From Phoronis australis (Eukaryota > Animalia > Phoronida), in assembly GCA_002633005.1 (NCBI GenBank), contig NMRA01000194.1:437074-501073 (forward strand): DNA of 64,000 nt, read 5' to 3'. This document shows positions 24,062 through 36,981 of the stretch, in pieces (position 1 is the first letter of the stretch; each line of letters opens with the position of its first letter). Both the position numbers and the translations under genes were made by a program. The notes under the pieces are model-generated. The model searched no databases and was not told where the DNA came from. It worked only from the letters and a program-made list of their open reading frames with translations.

Positions 24062-27000
24062 ATTCGAGCCATTATGCTCTCAAGACTATTGAGCATGATA
24101 TTCAAGTTTGAGAATCTGCTTTTATTTATGAATTGGCTCGTTGCAGTCACAATTAGACCTTTCGGAATCAGTTTTGAGGGACGTCACTGCTAGCAAGTCT
24201 GCTATGATAGGCTGGTAAGACCTGAAACTCGACACATGACATTCTGAGAATAAGACTGGATCAAAACCCAAATGCTTTGTTTCTTGAGCGAATAACAAAA
24301 TATGATGATGTCACACTATCGGACAAAGATTGCTCTCAATCGAGGAAATAAGGCTATGTTTTTAGTTGTATTAGACAGAGATTTGCATGCGGCCAAGGAA
24401 AACGTCGCCTCACTCATATTATTTTTTATTTGTGACCAGATTACTGAATTGATTTCACCGTCTTGTAATCGATTTCGATACAATTTGCTTCAGTGACATC
24501 ATATCGATGATAGCTCGTCGAATCGTTGCAAACTTTGACTGTGGCTGTCTTTTCATTACACGGTTAAAGGTATAGGCATGATTAATGGTTCAGCTGGCAT
24601 CCTTGTCCCTCAGATGTAATGGTCAGTCCCAGAATTCACTAACATAAAATTGTCAGAAGCAACCAAGATGTTCACTATATTCACATACGACTACCCTCTT
24701 TTGCAGAGCCACCTCTGGGGGAGAGTGGCCCTGTGAAAGAATGACGATCGACGGGGATAGATCTATGTGTGTAGGCGTCCGTGCGCAGGAATCGCTTTGG
24801 ACGTTTGTCGTAAACTTAAAATTTAAGAATGAGCCTAAAACGCTTTGTTGTGTTATTTGCTACCTTGTTAGTGAGCCACAAAATACAAAGTTGTCTGGAG
24901 AGCACCAGTTGACCCTATTCCTTTTGTTGCAGCAGATACATGCCACAAAGTCATTTTTCAATACACAGAGTAGTATGTTTTTGCATTTCCCCATAGATGG
25001 AGCTGTATATTTCACAGCATATTTCTATACTAGTTTCTCAGTAGATGGAGCAGTGACAGTATATTTCTATATTAGTTTCTCAATAGATGGAGCAGTACGT
25101 TTCAGCCTTTCTCAAACTTCAACTCATCAAGTGTTACTTCATACTGTTAATTTATAAGAATCCACATTACATCGTTACATCATCCTTTCCAAGTGGTAGA
25201 CTACCACTCCTAGCACAGGGAGGGAGGGAAGGGTATTACCTATTTTAGTTGGCTATTCATTAAGATGGTAGCATCCAAGGCAATTACACTCAATCTTTGT
25301 TACAGCTCTGTTGATGTGGAAGGAGTGTAGATTTGCAGTAGAATCAATCAATATGATTGCCATATAACCTACCCCAGTTATCTGGCAATTCTTCACTTTT
25401 ACTTTTTTAGCGCATACTATGGCCTACAAACGACATTCTATTTTGTAAAATTTCTCCTCAAAAGTAAGGGTTACAGAAATTAGCATATTAGAAGCATGGT
25501 TTTTACTGTGTAGTAGATGTCGTAAAACAACATTTGGCAAGGTTCCCATGATTTGAAGCACGTTGACAATGCCAAAATTGTCATTTACATTTGTACGAAT
25601 TAAGTAGTTAATTACTGTAGTTGTTCAACATCCTATATTTGGATTATTTAAATCGGTTTANCCCATGCTGACGATTTAACACAGCATGTATAATGACCAC
25701 CCGTCGTCTTTCTTCCATGGTGTTCAATGACTACTTTTATTTTGTAGCCGGAGAGGTCATACGAGGAAATCTTTGTGTTGATTTTTTCACCATTAGTCGC
25801 GGTACGTAAGATATGAATACAAAATTGTAGATATTTACCCAGACTTCTAGTCCACATTTTTTTAAGATGACATGATAATCCTTGGTAACCTCCACAGCAT
25901 TGCTATTACGCTAATGAAATAAGTTTTTATTATTTGTTTATTTCACTATCAAATAACGATTACGTAATACTGGTATTTAGAATTACTGTTCACACTTATC
26001 AGTTGTAGTGTTTTATTTAAAACCGCAATTCATTTACAAATTGCTTCTTCGGCTGAGTATACTAGTACGAAAATATACAGTTCTCCGGGAAGTCACAAGG
26101 TGGCGCTTGTTAGAAATTTAAATATTCATGTTTTAACAGCATCTTTAAATTCGAGCAGCCATTATACTCTCAAGACTATTGAGCATGATATTCAAGTTTG
26201 AGAATCTGCTTTTATTTATGAATTGGCTCGTTACAGTCACAATTAGACCTTTCGGAATCAGTTTTGAGGGACGTCACTGATAGCAAGTCTGTTTGCTATG
26301 ATAGGCTGGTAAGACCTGAAACTCAACACATGACATTCTGAGAATAAGACTGGATCAAAACCCAAATGCTTTGTTTCTTGAGCGAATAACAAAATCTGAT
26401 GATGATGATGTCACACTATCGGACAAAGATTGCTCTCAATCGAAGAAATAAAGCCATGTTTTTAGTTGTATTAGACAGAGATTTGCATGCGGCCAAGGAA
26501 AACGTCGCCTCACTCATATTAATTTTTATTTGTGACCAGATTACTGAATTGATTTCACCGTCTTGTAATCGATTTCGATACAATAATTTTCTTCTTTATC
26601 GGTGATAGCTTGTCGAATCGTTGCAAACTTTGACTGTGGCTGTCTTTTCATTACACGGTTAAAGGTATAGGCATGATTAATGGTTCAGCTGGCATCCTTG
26701 TCCCTCAGATGTAATGGTCAGTCCCAGAATTCACTAACATAAAATTGTCAGAAGCAACCAAGATGTTCACTATATTCGCATACGACTACCCTCTTTTACA
26801 GAGCCACCTCTGGGGGAGAGTGGCCCTGTGAAAGAATGAGGATCGACGGGGATAGATCTATGTGTGTAGGCGTCCGTGCGCAGGAATCGCTTTGGACGTT
26901 TGTCGTAAACTTAAAATTTAAGAATGAGTCGAAAACGCTTTGTTGTGTTATTTGCTACCTTGTTAGTGAGCCACAAAATACAAAATTGTCTGGAGAGCAC

Positions 27001-27937
27001 CAGTTTTTTTTTACCTAAACATCATTCAACAAAGAATGGACTCACCGGAGACAGCCCAAGAGTTGTTATCTCTGCGGCGAAGGATGTTAAAGTTGAGTCT
27101 CCGATGAGTTGCCAGCAGTCACTGGTACGGTGCGCGGCTTTAGACGCTCTGCGGCTGGGTTAAAGATCTTTTATAGGCCTAACCATCCCCAATTCCCGTA
27201 CCAGGATGAATTTCAAAAATAACTTGACTTGGCTGCGTCCTTTTGTTGCAGCAGATACATGCCACAAAGTCATTTTTCAATACACAGAGTAGTATGTTTT
27301 TGCATTTCCCCATAGATGGAGCTGTATATTTCACAGCATATTTCTATACTAGTTTCTCAATAGATGGAGCAGTACGTTTCAGCCTTTCTCAAACTTCAAC
27401 TCATCAAGTGTTACTTCATACTGTTAATTTATAAGAATCCACATTCCATCGTTACATCATCCTTTCCAAGTGGTAGACTACCACTCCTAGCACAGGGAGG
27501 GAGGGAAGGGTATTACCTATTTTAGTTGGCTATTCATTAAGATGGTAGCATCCAAGGCAATTACACTCAATCTTTGTTACAGCTCTGTTGATGTGGAAGG
27601 AGTGTAGACTTGCAGTAGAATCAATCAATATGATTGCCATACAACCTACCCCAGTTATCTGGCAATTCTTCACTTCTACTTTTTTAGCGCATACTATGGC
27701 CTACAAACGACATTCTATTTTGTCAAATTTCTCCTCAAAAATAAAGGTTACAAAAATTTGCATATTAGAAGCATGGTTTTTACTGTGTAGTAGATGTCGT
27801 ATAACAACATTTGGCAAGGTTCCCATGATTTGAAGCACGTTGACAATGCCAAAATTGTCATTTACATTTGTACGAATTAAGTAGTTAATTACTGTAGTTG
27901 TTCAGCATCCTATATTTGGATTATTTAAATCGGTTTA
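23730..27937. repeat. Gap-flanking duplication (23730-25660 vs 25822-27937), n at 25661
   Basis: Collinear copies with substitutions and indels. Copy 1 ends at the n. Confidence 0.93.
25662..25821 (-). other. Fragment encoding a ubiquitin-specific protease (peptidase C19) His-box-like peptide
   Basis: Minus-strand translation IHILRTATNGEKINTKISSYDLSGYKIKVVIEHHGRKTTGGHYTCCVKSSAW fits the USP Y-x-h-x-x-V-x-x-H-x-G-x5-G-H-Y His-box pattern. Cut by the n at 25661. Confidence 0.65.
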
Positions 27938-29070
27938 AGTTACGTTTTCATCATTCTCTCTCCTTGCCTCCCTCCAGGTTACTATCATGGATTCAAAAGG
28001 GTGACTCTTTCAGTTATTGGGAAGGTTTCCTTATTTTCCAGGTGTGCCTATCAAAAGTATTCTCTTTCCTCCAGACCACTAACAACCCGTTATTAAGTAT
28101 CAAAGCCACATATAGTGGGTCGTAGCTAGAATATCTGAATGCAGTTAACGATTGGTCCATGGAAATGTCATGAGACTTTTAAGTCTTAAAAGTCACCTAT
28201 GAAAAATTAAAGATATTAAATATAATTGTTCAACTAGTTATTAGCTTGGCTAAAAGAACTGTTAGTATTCTGATGTTGACGTTTAGTGTTGGACAACGGT
28301 TGGTGAGTATTTTGTATTCAGTGTTTCGTTCATGTCGGGGGTGAAAATGTGCCAAATTTATCACAGACTAAATTTTCAAAAAGATTATGGAAGCTGCTTA
28401 ATATTCATTCTGACCATGAGTGACCTACTCAACAGCTAACTGTAAAATAATTGCAAAAAAATTCAAACACTTTTAATGTTTTTGTGAATCGTCTGATGGT
28501 ATCCAGGGTATAGATCTTTAAAAAAGGTGTTACTTACCTCTGGTGAAAAATGACAAAATAAAATTTCAATTCCTAGCCATATTGTGTCCTAAATTGTTGA
28601 GATTTTATGGCATTTCAGAAATAATGTCCAAACAGAAATTCTTGGTTTCAAATTGAAAAATTGTCTGTGCATTTAGTGTGGTCTGAAGCTTTTGAACAAA
28701 ATGCATTCCAAGCAGTATGATGTAAGATTGGTTCGAAGTTCATTCACTCTGGATAATTTAGGTAGATCTAGCAGTTAATGGTGTACTCAATAGGTGTCTC
28801 TTCAGTCACGCTGTTAGTTTTCCAAGATATCCATAGATGTCTCTGAATGTTGCAAAGTTCCCTTTATTAGTAAATCAATGTTTCCTAGTTAGTTGCTATC
28901 ATGACACTTTGAGGTTTTTTAATATTGCAATATTGCAAGTGCACGTCGTTACATTTTCAAAACATTTTTCTTTGTAATTAATTTGAGAATTGTTCAAAGA
29001 TTTCTCTGTATCCGTGTCCTCGGCTGTTCTGCTTAACTGTGTACTTTCCTTTTAACATGTCATTATCAGC

Positions 29071-31281
29071 AACAGTTGTAAAATGATATGCTTAAAGCTA
29101 ACTGAGGGATGTTATGTCAATGTTTTGTGATGTGATCGTTCTCTACACCCTTTGACAACAGACCGCCAGCCCTCTGACGCATTCTCAATAAGTCAACCAT
29201 GAAGAAATGGTTACACATGGGTGATCCCGTGTTCCGAAAATTCAATGGTGCAAAATCGAGGCTACAAAAGTGTTTAGCGGATATTGCAGCACTTTGGGTA
29301 AATGCAGTGAGCTGTGGGGGTCACTGTGTAATAATACGCATGAAAACACCAAGGACTAAATGAAGTTTCTTGATCACTACAAAATGAAGATACATGGCTG
29401 TTAATTTGATTTAATTGAGTTTGGAGTTTGCTTCTTTGGCCTGGACTGAATTACCACTACATGGGACTTTAAAATGTAAACCTTTGATTTTTAAACATGC
29501 TGTTATCACTGCAAAAATCAAATAACAAATAGTTACCTCGGTATTATGTCTGAACAAAGGTCACTGACTCTCCAGAAGTCAACTGTGAAGGAACCGTTGC
29601 ACTTCAATGACATGTACCAAGGTTTAGTTTTGTGTTCCTGGTAGAAAAGTCAACTATTTCACCAGTGTAGTCCAAGTTGAACGAATTTTGATGGAATTTT
29701 TGTGAAGGGACAGAAAAAGACCATGGAGCATTGTTTTGTTTTTCAAGGCAACATTGGCTGGTGGTAGGTATGTTAAGGAACTTTGAAATAAAGCATTTAT
29801 GTGTTAATTAGCATCTTGCCCGCCATGTTGTGTCCTAAGAGTTTAAAGCTGTATTCAGACCAGCTCAACCCAGTTGTAACTTTTAACTCTAACCAGTCAC
29901 ATCTTCAGTTGAAACTCTTATAACCCTAGTTTGCGGTTTTAGTTGCTAGTCCTCAGTGCTATCGCTTTTCGATTCAACCCAGTTAGTGCCTGGGTTCATT
30001 ATCATGAGACAAATCTTGCGCTTACAAGATTTGCATGCAAGTGGAGGAGAAAACGTGTACTATTTACCCCCAGAGTATCTAGCGAATTCCTCGTCATATC
30101 AAAGGCTTGATGGCGCCATCATTAGATTGAAGGCAGCTTGTCGCTATTCATTGGCTTGTCTGAATGTGTTGGATGAGNAACAGTTGTAAAATGATATGCT
30201 TAAAGCTAACTGAGGGATGTTATGTCAATGTTTTGTGATGTGATCATTCTCTACACCCTTTGACAACAGACCGCCAGCCCTCTAAGCATTCTCAACAAGT
30301 CAACCATGAAGAAATGGTTACACATGGGTGATCGCGTGCTCCGAAAATTCAATGGTGCAAAATTGAGGCTACTAAAGTGTTTAGCGGATATTGCAGCACT
30401 TTGGGTAAATGCAGTGAGCTGTGGGGGTCACTGTAATAATACGCATGAAAACACCAAGGACTGAATGAAGTTTCTTGATCACTACAAAATGAAGATATAG
30501 GCTGTTAGTTTGATTTAATTGAGTTTGGAGTTTGCTTCTTTGGCGTGGACTGAATTACCACTACATGGGACTTTAAAATGTAAACCTTAGATTTTTAAAC
30601 ATGCTGTTATCACTGCAAAAATCAAATAACAAAAAGTTACCTCGGTATTTTGTCTGAACAAAGGTCACTGACTCTCCAGAAGTCAACTGTGAATGAACGG
30701 TTGCACTTCAATGACATGTACCAAGGTTTAATTTTGTGTTCCTGGTAGAAACGTCAACTGTTTCGCCAGTGTAGTCCAAGTTGAACGAATTTTGATGGAA
30801 TTTTTGTGAAGGGACAGAAAAAGACCATGGAGCATTGTTTTGTTTTTCATGGCAACGTTGGCTGGTGGTAGGTATGTTAAGGAACTTTGAAATAAAGCAT
30901 TTATGTGTTAATTAGCATCTTGCCCGCCATGTTGTGTCCTAAGAGTTTAAAGCTGTATTCAGACCAGCTCAACCCAGTTGTAACTTTTAACTCTAACCAT
31001 TCACATCTTCAGTTGAAACTCTTATAACTCTAGTTTGCGGTTTTAGTTGCTAGTCCTCAGTGCTATCGCTTTTCGATTCAACCCAGTTAGTGCCTGGGTT
31101 CATTATCATGAGACAAATCTTGCGCTTACAAGATTTGCATGCAAGTGGAGGAGAAAACGTGTACTATTTACCCCCAGAGTATCTAGCGAATTCCTCGTCA
31201 TATCAAAGGCTTGATGGCGCCATCATTAGATTGAAGGCAGCTTGTCGCTATTCATTGGCTTGTCTGAATGTGTTGGATGAG
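29071..31281. repeat. Gap-flanking duplication (29071-30177 vs 30179-31281), n at 30178
   Basis: Head-to-tail near-identical copies meet at the single n. Confidence 0.93.
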
Positions 31282-32734
31282 GTAATTGTGCCGTAAACCA
31301 ACACCCCTGTTTAGCATACAAGTTTTAAAGTCAACAATAAGTAAGGCAAACGACCCACATGATTTTTTTTAATTGATAAGTAAATAGTAGCGGTCTTTGA
31401 ATTTTTAAAATCAATGCATTTTAAGAGACATTAGCGAATATGTTTTCCGTGTCAGCGACACGTCTAAGCCAAAAACATTAACTTGTGAATTGGTGAGGAC
31501 AGGTTGGTCACAGTCTGGCTCAGGCTTGCTTAGGTGTTGGGTTAACACAACCCCAAATGTTAGCGTAGGAGTTGTCTCTTGATTGTTTTACAGCAGCTCC
31601 ACCTACTGGGTGTTCACACTGACTTATAATCTAGCTAAACTACACTTACAGTGAGTCAAAACTTTTAAATTGGTTTGAAAAGTTATAACCACTGTGGTGT
31701 GAAAGGAATTTATTGGCTTCATTTCAACATCACATTCTTTCATCTGCATCTTATTAACTGCCTTTTGATCTCAATTTCTTGTGGGGTGGGTGTCATTTCT
31801 GTAAATTGTAGCTCTTTGTATCTAGAACAAGTCTTAATTTGTGGGGAAATTTGTTTAAACAATTCACCTTCTGTAAGTAATTGACCAGTGGCAGTTGAGT
31901 GCGTGATAATGATCAAGGATTACAGTGAGTTTGATTACAAACACTTCTGCTCTTCTCACTCAAACAACAATTCAACCATTCATACATCAAGGCTTCATGT
32001 GTATCCAAACCTGCTGATGACAGCTTAAAATGACAGCAATTCCAGCAAATCCCACTTATTCGCGTAAAATAAATTAAATATTGATTCACGATAGTTTGGA
32101 TGTGCCAAAGAAACTGAATTTACTGACTTTGCAGGTGATACGTGTGTGAAATGAACTGAGTTACCAAGTATTGCCATCAGCCCGTGTGAGTGATTTTAAC
32201 GAAATGCGACCTACAGGTTACCAACGTCGTCCAATTAACGGCAGTTACCCCATCTTTGGTGAAACACTTGAGCACGACACTCATCCACTGGTTGCCCCCT
32301 TTTACCTCACGTTTCCACTGACTTGAGACATGGTGTATCCATTTATGGATGAATTAAGTGGTATGTAATGTTCAAACCTTACGTATTACTAGAACTAATG
32401 ACTGGGTTTTGTTGCCATGATGTATCTGACTGTGTGCGAGATGTGAGGTGAGATTCCTACCAAGTTGCGAAATAAGTGAGGGATAAGACATTTTTTCAAA
32501 CAATGTTGGTTGTTCGAAGTGAGATGAGTGTGCTAAATAAGTAGAGCATTACTATACTAAACCCAGTTTTGTCCTCGACAGATTCTTTCTTCAACTTGTA
32601 AGATTAAACCTTTCAAATGGAAGAAAATGTTCTTTTATCGTTGTCGATACTCAAAAGTTTGGAGCAAGCTTAAAAATTATTTACGAAGTTTGTTAAGTGG
32701 CGTAGTGTGACTGATGGTTACGTGGCGACTAGTT

Positions 32735-33255
32735 GCTTTCCCATTTGGGGGAACTTCGATTTACCGAAGCTTCGCCAAAACTTCACTTACCTTTTCGACT
32801 AGAGAGCGATATTGAAGTTATTGCTATGGCGATTCAGTCATCTAAGTAGACACCAGACAGCACAGTTCATTTTGTAGTGAATTCGTAGCTCTAACTGAAA
32901 TTTGTTCTCCTGCCATGTACGAGTGTTTTTGAAAATGATCAGTGTCATTCTTCATCAGATATGCTTTCTTTTATTTATTTACGTGCGTCTGTTGAGAGCA
33001 CGTCGGCTACACTACAATCACAAAGAACACGTTTTGCAAGTAATGCCATACCTTTGCCACGACCTCTACCGATAACTTCAATGAAGCTTTGCTCTGATCT
33101 CTCCCATTACACTGAAGTTTCAGCGAGTACCGGAGCTTTGCTTTTAAATCCTACTATTTTCAGCGAAGTTTCGCTTGCAGATTAACTACCGGAGTTAACC
33201 TTTCCCACTTACCGGAACTTTGGTTAAAGCGAAGTTTCGCCTCTATTGGGAAAGC
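32735..33255. mobile_element. MITE with terminal inverted repeats
   Basis: Left gctttcccatttgggggaacttcg pairs with right cgaagtttcgcctctattgggaaagc. Internal reiterated gaagtttc and taccgga motifs. Confidence 0.75.
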
Positions 33256-36200
33256 GCTTTGTTAGGAAAGAGCGCCCACCTGTACCACACTATCTACTTT
33301 ATGACACTGTAGGGCAATGTGCTTTGTTTGAACACTGCTTTCACCACTGAGTGGAGGTACCAGCATGCATCAGCAGGTGAAAAACTGTGGTAGCTTTTGG
33401 TCAGCTTATCTTACTTTGTGTTTTCTACTTGTTTAATCTGTCCTGGATTATGGCTTGATTCGTTCAAATGATAAAACCCGAAAACTAGTGAACTGATGAA
33501 ACAAACGCTCAGTGTTTTGATGCCATGTTTAGAAAAATGTGACCTCGCTAGCATCACATGACTGCGTTGTGTGAAAAACAAAAACATTAAAATTTCCCTT
33601 ACTTCTCACAGACTATTTCGTGATAGTTTTTTTTTATTTTTGGGAATCTTAAAGTGGGTCCATTGGATTTTCGATGAAGAAATTGGTCATTTTGATTGAC
33701 TGTGACACCTGAGACTGGTGCTAAGCCCGTAACTCAGGTTTGCGTGTAATCAGAAGACAACTATTTCAGCATTCTCAAGTTAAATCACCCTTGGCTGCCT
33801 AGAGATAATTATTCTTACTGACTAGAGGTAATTATTCTTCATCCTGCTATAAATCACGTACTGGTGTCAAAAAAACAATTTTCTTCTCAAACCAACGCTC
33901 TTGTGTTCCCATCGTTGGTTTTGCGCCTGGCACCGTTGCCATGACAATTGACACGGAGGGAATTGAGCCTTGTCTGAAGCAAATAATGTTAAATGTAAAT
34001 ATCGCAAACATTTTTAAGTGTGGTCTGCTCGCCACCTGTTGGACACATCAGGAGTCCTAATGAATGGTGAAAAGATTTCCGCCCATATTCATATTAATTG
34101 TAAATAGTTCTTAATTAGCATTTCTAATCTGAGTTGAAAAAAACAAAATGAGACTGACTTTGAAATGTTTTTAATCGAAAATTTATTTTTTCACATAGTG
34201 ATTTCTAGGTTTTGATCACATCTTTAAAACAGGCGGGTGTACATGGAATTGTTAAAGCAGAGTTCAGCTTTGGTTGAGAAATATTGCTCTCTAGGTCACC
34301 TTTGGACTGGAAAATATGCGACCTTCCATTAAAAGGTGGAGACCAGCATTGGCAGGAAACGGTGAAATAAATGATTTCGAAGTATGATTATTTTTAGTGA
34401 GCGTTCATAAACAGTGTAAATACCCTGGTTTTCTATTTTCAAAAACAGAAATAGATTTCAGCAAACACAAATTTCCGGGTTTTTTATGTTTTCTAAACTA
34501 TTAAGTTCCGTTTTACCATTGCAAAATGATAAATAACTAAAATGATCTAGGAATTGACTTATGCTGCAGCTCTTTTGGTTTTACCGATAACTAGCTGCAC
34601 GCCATGTTCTCAAAACCAGAAACAAAGAGAACAGCTCCAGTTTCAAAAACAATAAGCAAGAACTTGAACCTAGTGCAAAACAGTCGTCAAATGATTTGTG
34701 AAATTTGATAAAGGATATTCCTAATATTTTAAATAGAAACCTAAAACATTAAAATTGTCACAGCTGCTACTTAAATAAATGTGAAATTACGAACTTCGAA
34801 ATCTGTAGTTGTGTGAAAACAGTCAAATTCTGTTAATTCTTTCCATTATCATGGTACAGGGTGTCTAACAATGCAAGTTTGAATGTGACAGTATATCAAT
34901 GCCATTGCTTAGCATAAAAGACATGTTACCTATCTAGAAGAGATTTGACCATTCAGCACCACCTGAAGTCATTTGTGTGCTGGACCTATGCCATTGTCAG
35001 AAATAAGTCATTCGAATTTAAATTCTGTTGCAGAATTTAAGAAGAGACCATGTGACCTTCGGTGCCTTCTGAATGGCAATCGTAGTTTTATGAATTATCA
35101 ACTATTAAATGCTCATAATCGACTTCAGGCCCACACATCCCCATTTTATGTGACCGAGAACCTTCCCTGGGAGACTGCATTTTGTGAACACCTGTCTCAC
35201 GCAAAGTCTACTTCTCTTAACGTGTCAAACTTTACCTTTGATTATTTAACAGTCAAGAGTTTCAACCTTGCCTCATTCGGTCAGGAAAATATCTGAATCT
35301 CCTTGTTTGTTTTATGTGACGCTTGCTTTTCTAGTCACACCTGTGAACTCGTATCAGCCATTTCAGTAAGGGTCCACCTGTGACATCTCAAAATGTTTGT
35401 TTGTTAAACGCCTCAGCTCAGCTCAGCTTACCCCCTACTCCCTTACTCTGATTTCCAAATTTGAACGTCTTGGGCATTATCTCATTCTACAGTATTTCTC
35501 TTCTTATTTCGGAGAAAAATATTTGACCAAACTGACAATTTCCATTTTCCATTTTTCAAAGACTGATAACTTTACTGTCAACTGGAGGAAACTTTACAAT
35601 GAATTTTTTATGGCATCTACACAGTGTAACCTTGCTAATAATAGACTGACATATTCTTAATTAATCTTTATTTTTGTAAAGAAATTTGACAAAATAGAAT
35701 TTCAATTGTGGGCCATATTGTATGCTGAATAAGTGAAGAATAGTGGGGTAATATGGTACTTGTTGATAATCAAATTCATTTTTCTTCTAATATTATTAGT
35801 ATTGACTGTTCTGAGGTCGTTGGACAAACAGTCATCTGAGGTAAGTCTTGAAATCAAATTTTGTTCAATGCATATTGCTTATTTAAAGATTAAATGTCTT
35901 CTTGGCATACTCCAGGCTGACACTAATGCATTTGAATTGTTCTCATTTACCAGTCAATATGATATCCAGTCAGTTCCTGAGTAAATTGTTCTAGGCACGA
36001 ACTTTTGTGTGCGGTCAAGACATTGACCCTGTAAGCAGATTAATGGACAAAGTGTACTTATGGTAAATTCTTTATTTTAACAAGCAACTATTTAAAAGGC
36101 ATATAATAAATACTAAACAGTGAATAATTATATTAGGTTGATATTTAGTGGCTCTTAAGCAATGATTAGTTGATTTATTTATTGCATTTTTGTAAGGTTT

Positions 36201-36602
36201 CCCTGCCCACATATTTTTTAATGATATGACTGTCTAAATTTAAGCAGAGATAGAATAGTGACAATCCGCTAAAATATAAATTATTCATGTGTTCGTAAGC
36301 ACAGTAGATTGTTAACCTAGCTTAAAATGACGCTAAAGGCCCTTTCTCATTTATATCACCGCTTTGGTGCTCAGTGGAGTGTTGTTCAGTGGGAATGCTT
36401 AAATGAGTCATGAACCTTTCAGACAATGGCATATTGATAGGGAAAAAACCCTTTCACCAGCATTCACCAAATGTTATGTTATGTTATGTTTTAGTGAAAT
36501 AGGGGTAGACGTCGCCTTAACTTCACTGTTTAGGTAGACGCACCTCTAGCAGGGAATTTAAACTCAAGGAGGAATGAGTTCACAATGCCTAGTCTTATTA
36601 AA

Positions 36603-36981
36603 GCTTTGTTCAGACCAACTAAAGTGGTGGTCATTTTTTTAGTTGTTATATGTTACTGCTATGTTGTTGTTACCATTTACAAAATGTTGTGACCCTAGTT
36701 AGTGGTATTACCATCAGTACTGTCGCAATCTGATTCAACTCTGTGTACGTGCGCTATTGTCTCCAACAACATTTGACAGCAGCGCCACCTGCTGGGTGAT
36801 AACTTGCACCTGCCCTGTTCACATGGAGTTTAAGTGCTTGTAACCTCTTAATTAACCACCCTCACTGAGGGAACGGTCGCTATAGTTGCAACTTTTAAAA
36901 CCGGTTTGAACGTGTTCAGATGGAGAGTTGTAACCTTTAAATCGGTTTTAAATGTCATTACCACTTTGGTGTGAGCAGGGC
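36603..36981. mobile_element. MITE-like element; inverted related copy at ~41217-41460
   Basis: Ends gctttgttcagaccaa and ttggtgtgagcagggc are imperfectly inverted. The reverse complement shares ccctg(c/t)tcacac, gtgaac, aggtggcgctgctgtca and accactaac with 41217-41460. Confidence 0.6.

Noticed and set aside
29956-31296. Twin 77-78 aa ORFs suggesting a duplicated small gene
   Set aside because: They start at non-ATG codons, show no homology that I recognise, and are duplicated only because of the gap-flanking repeat.
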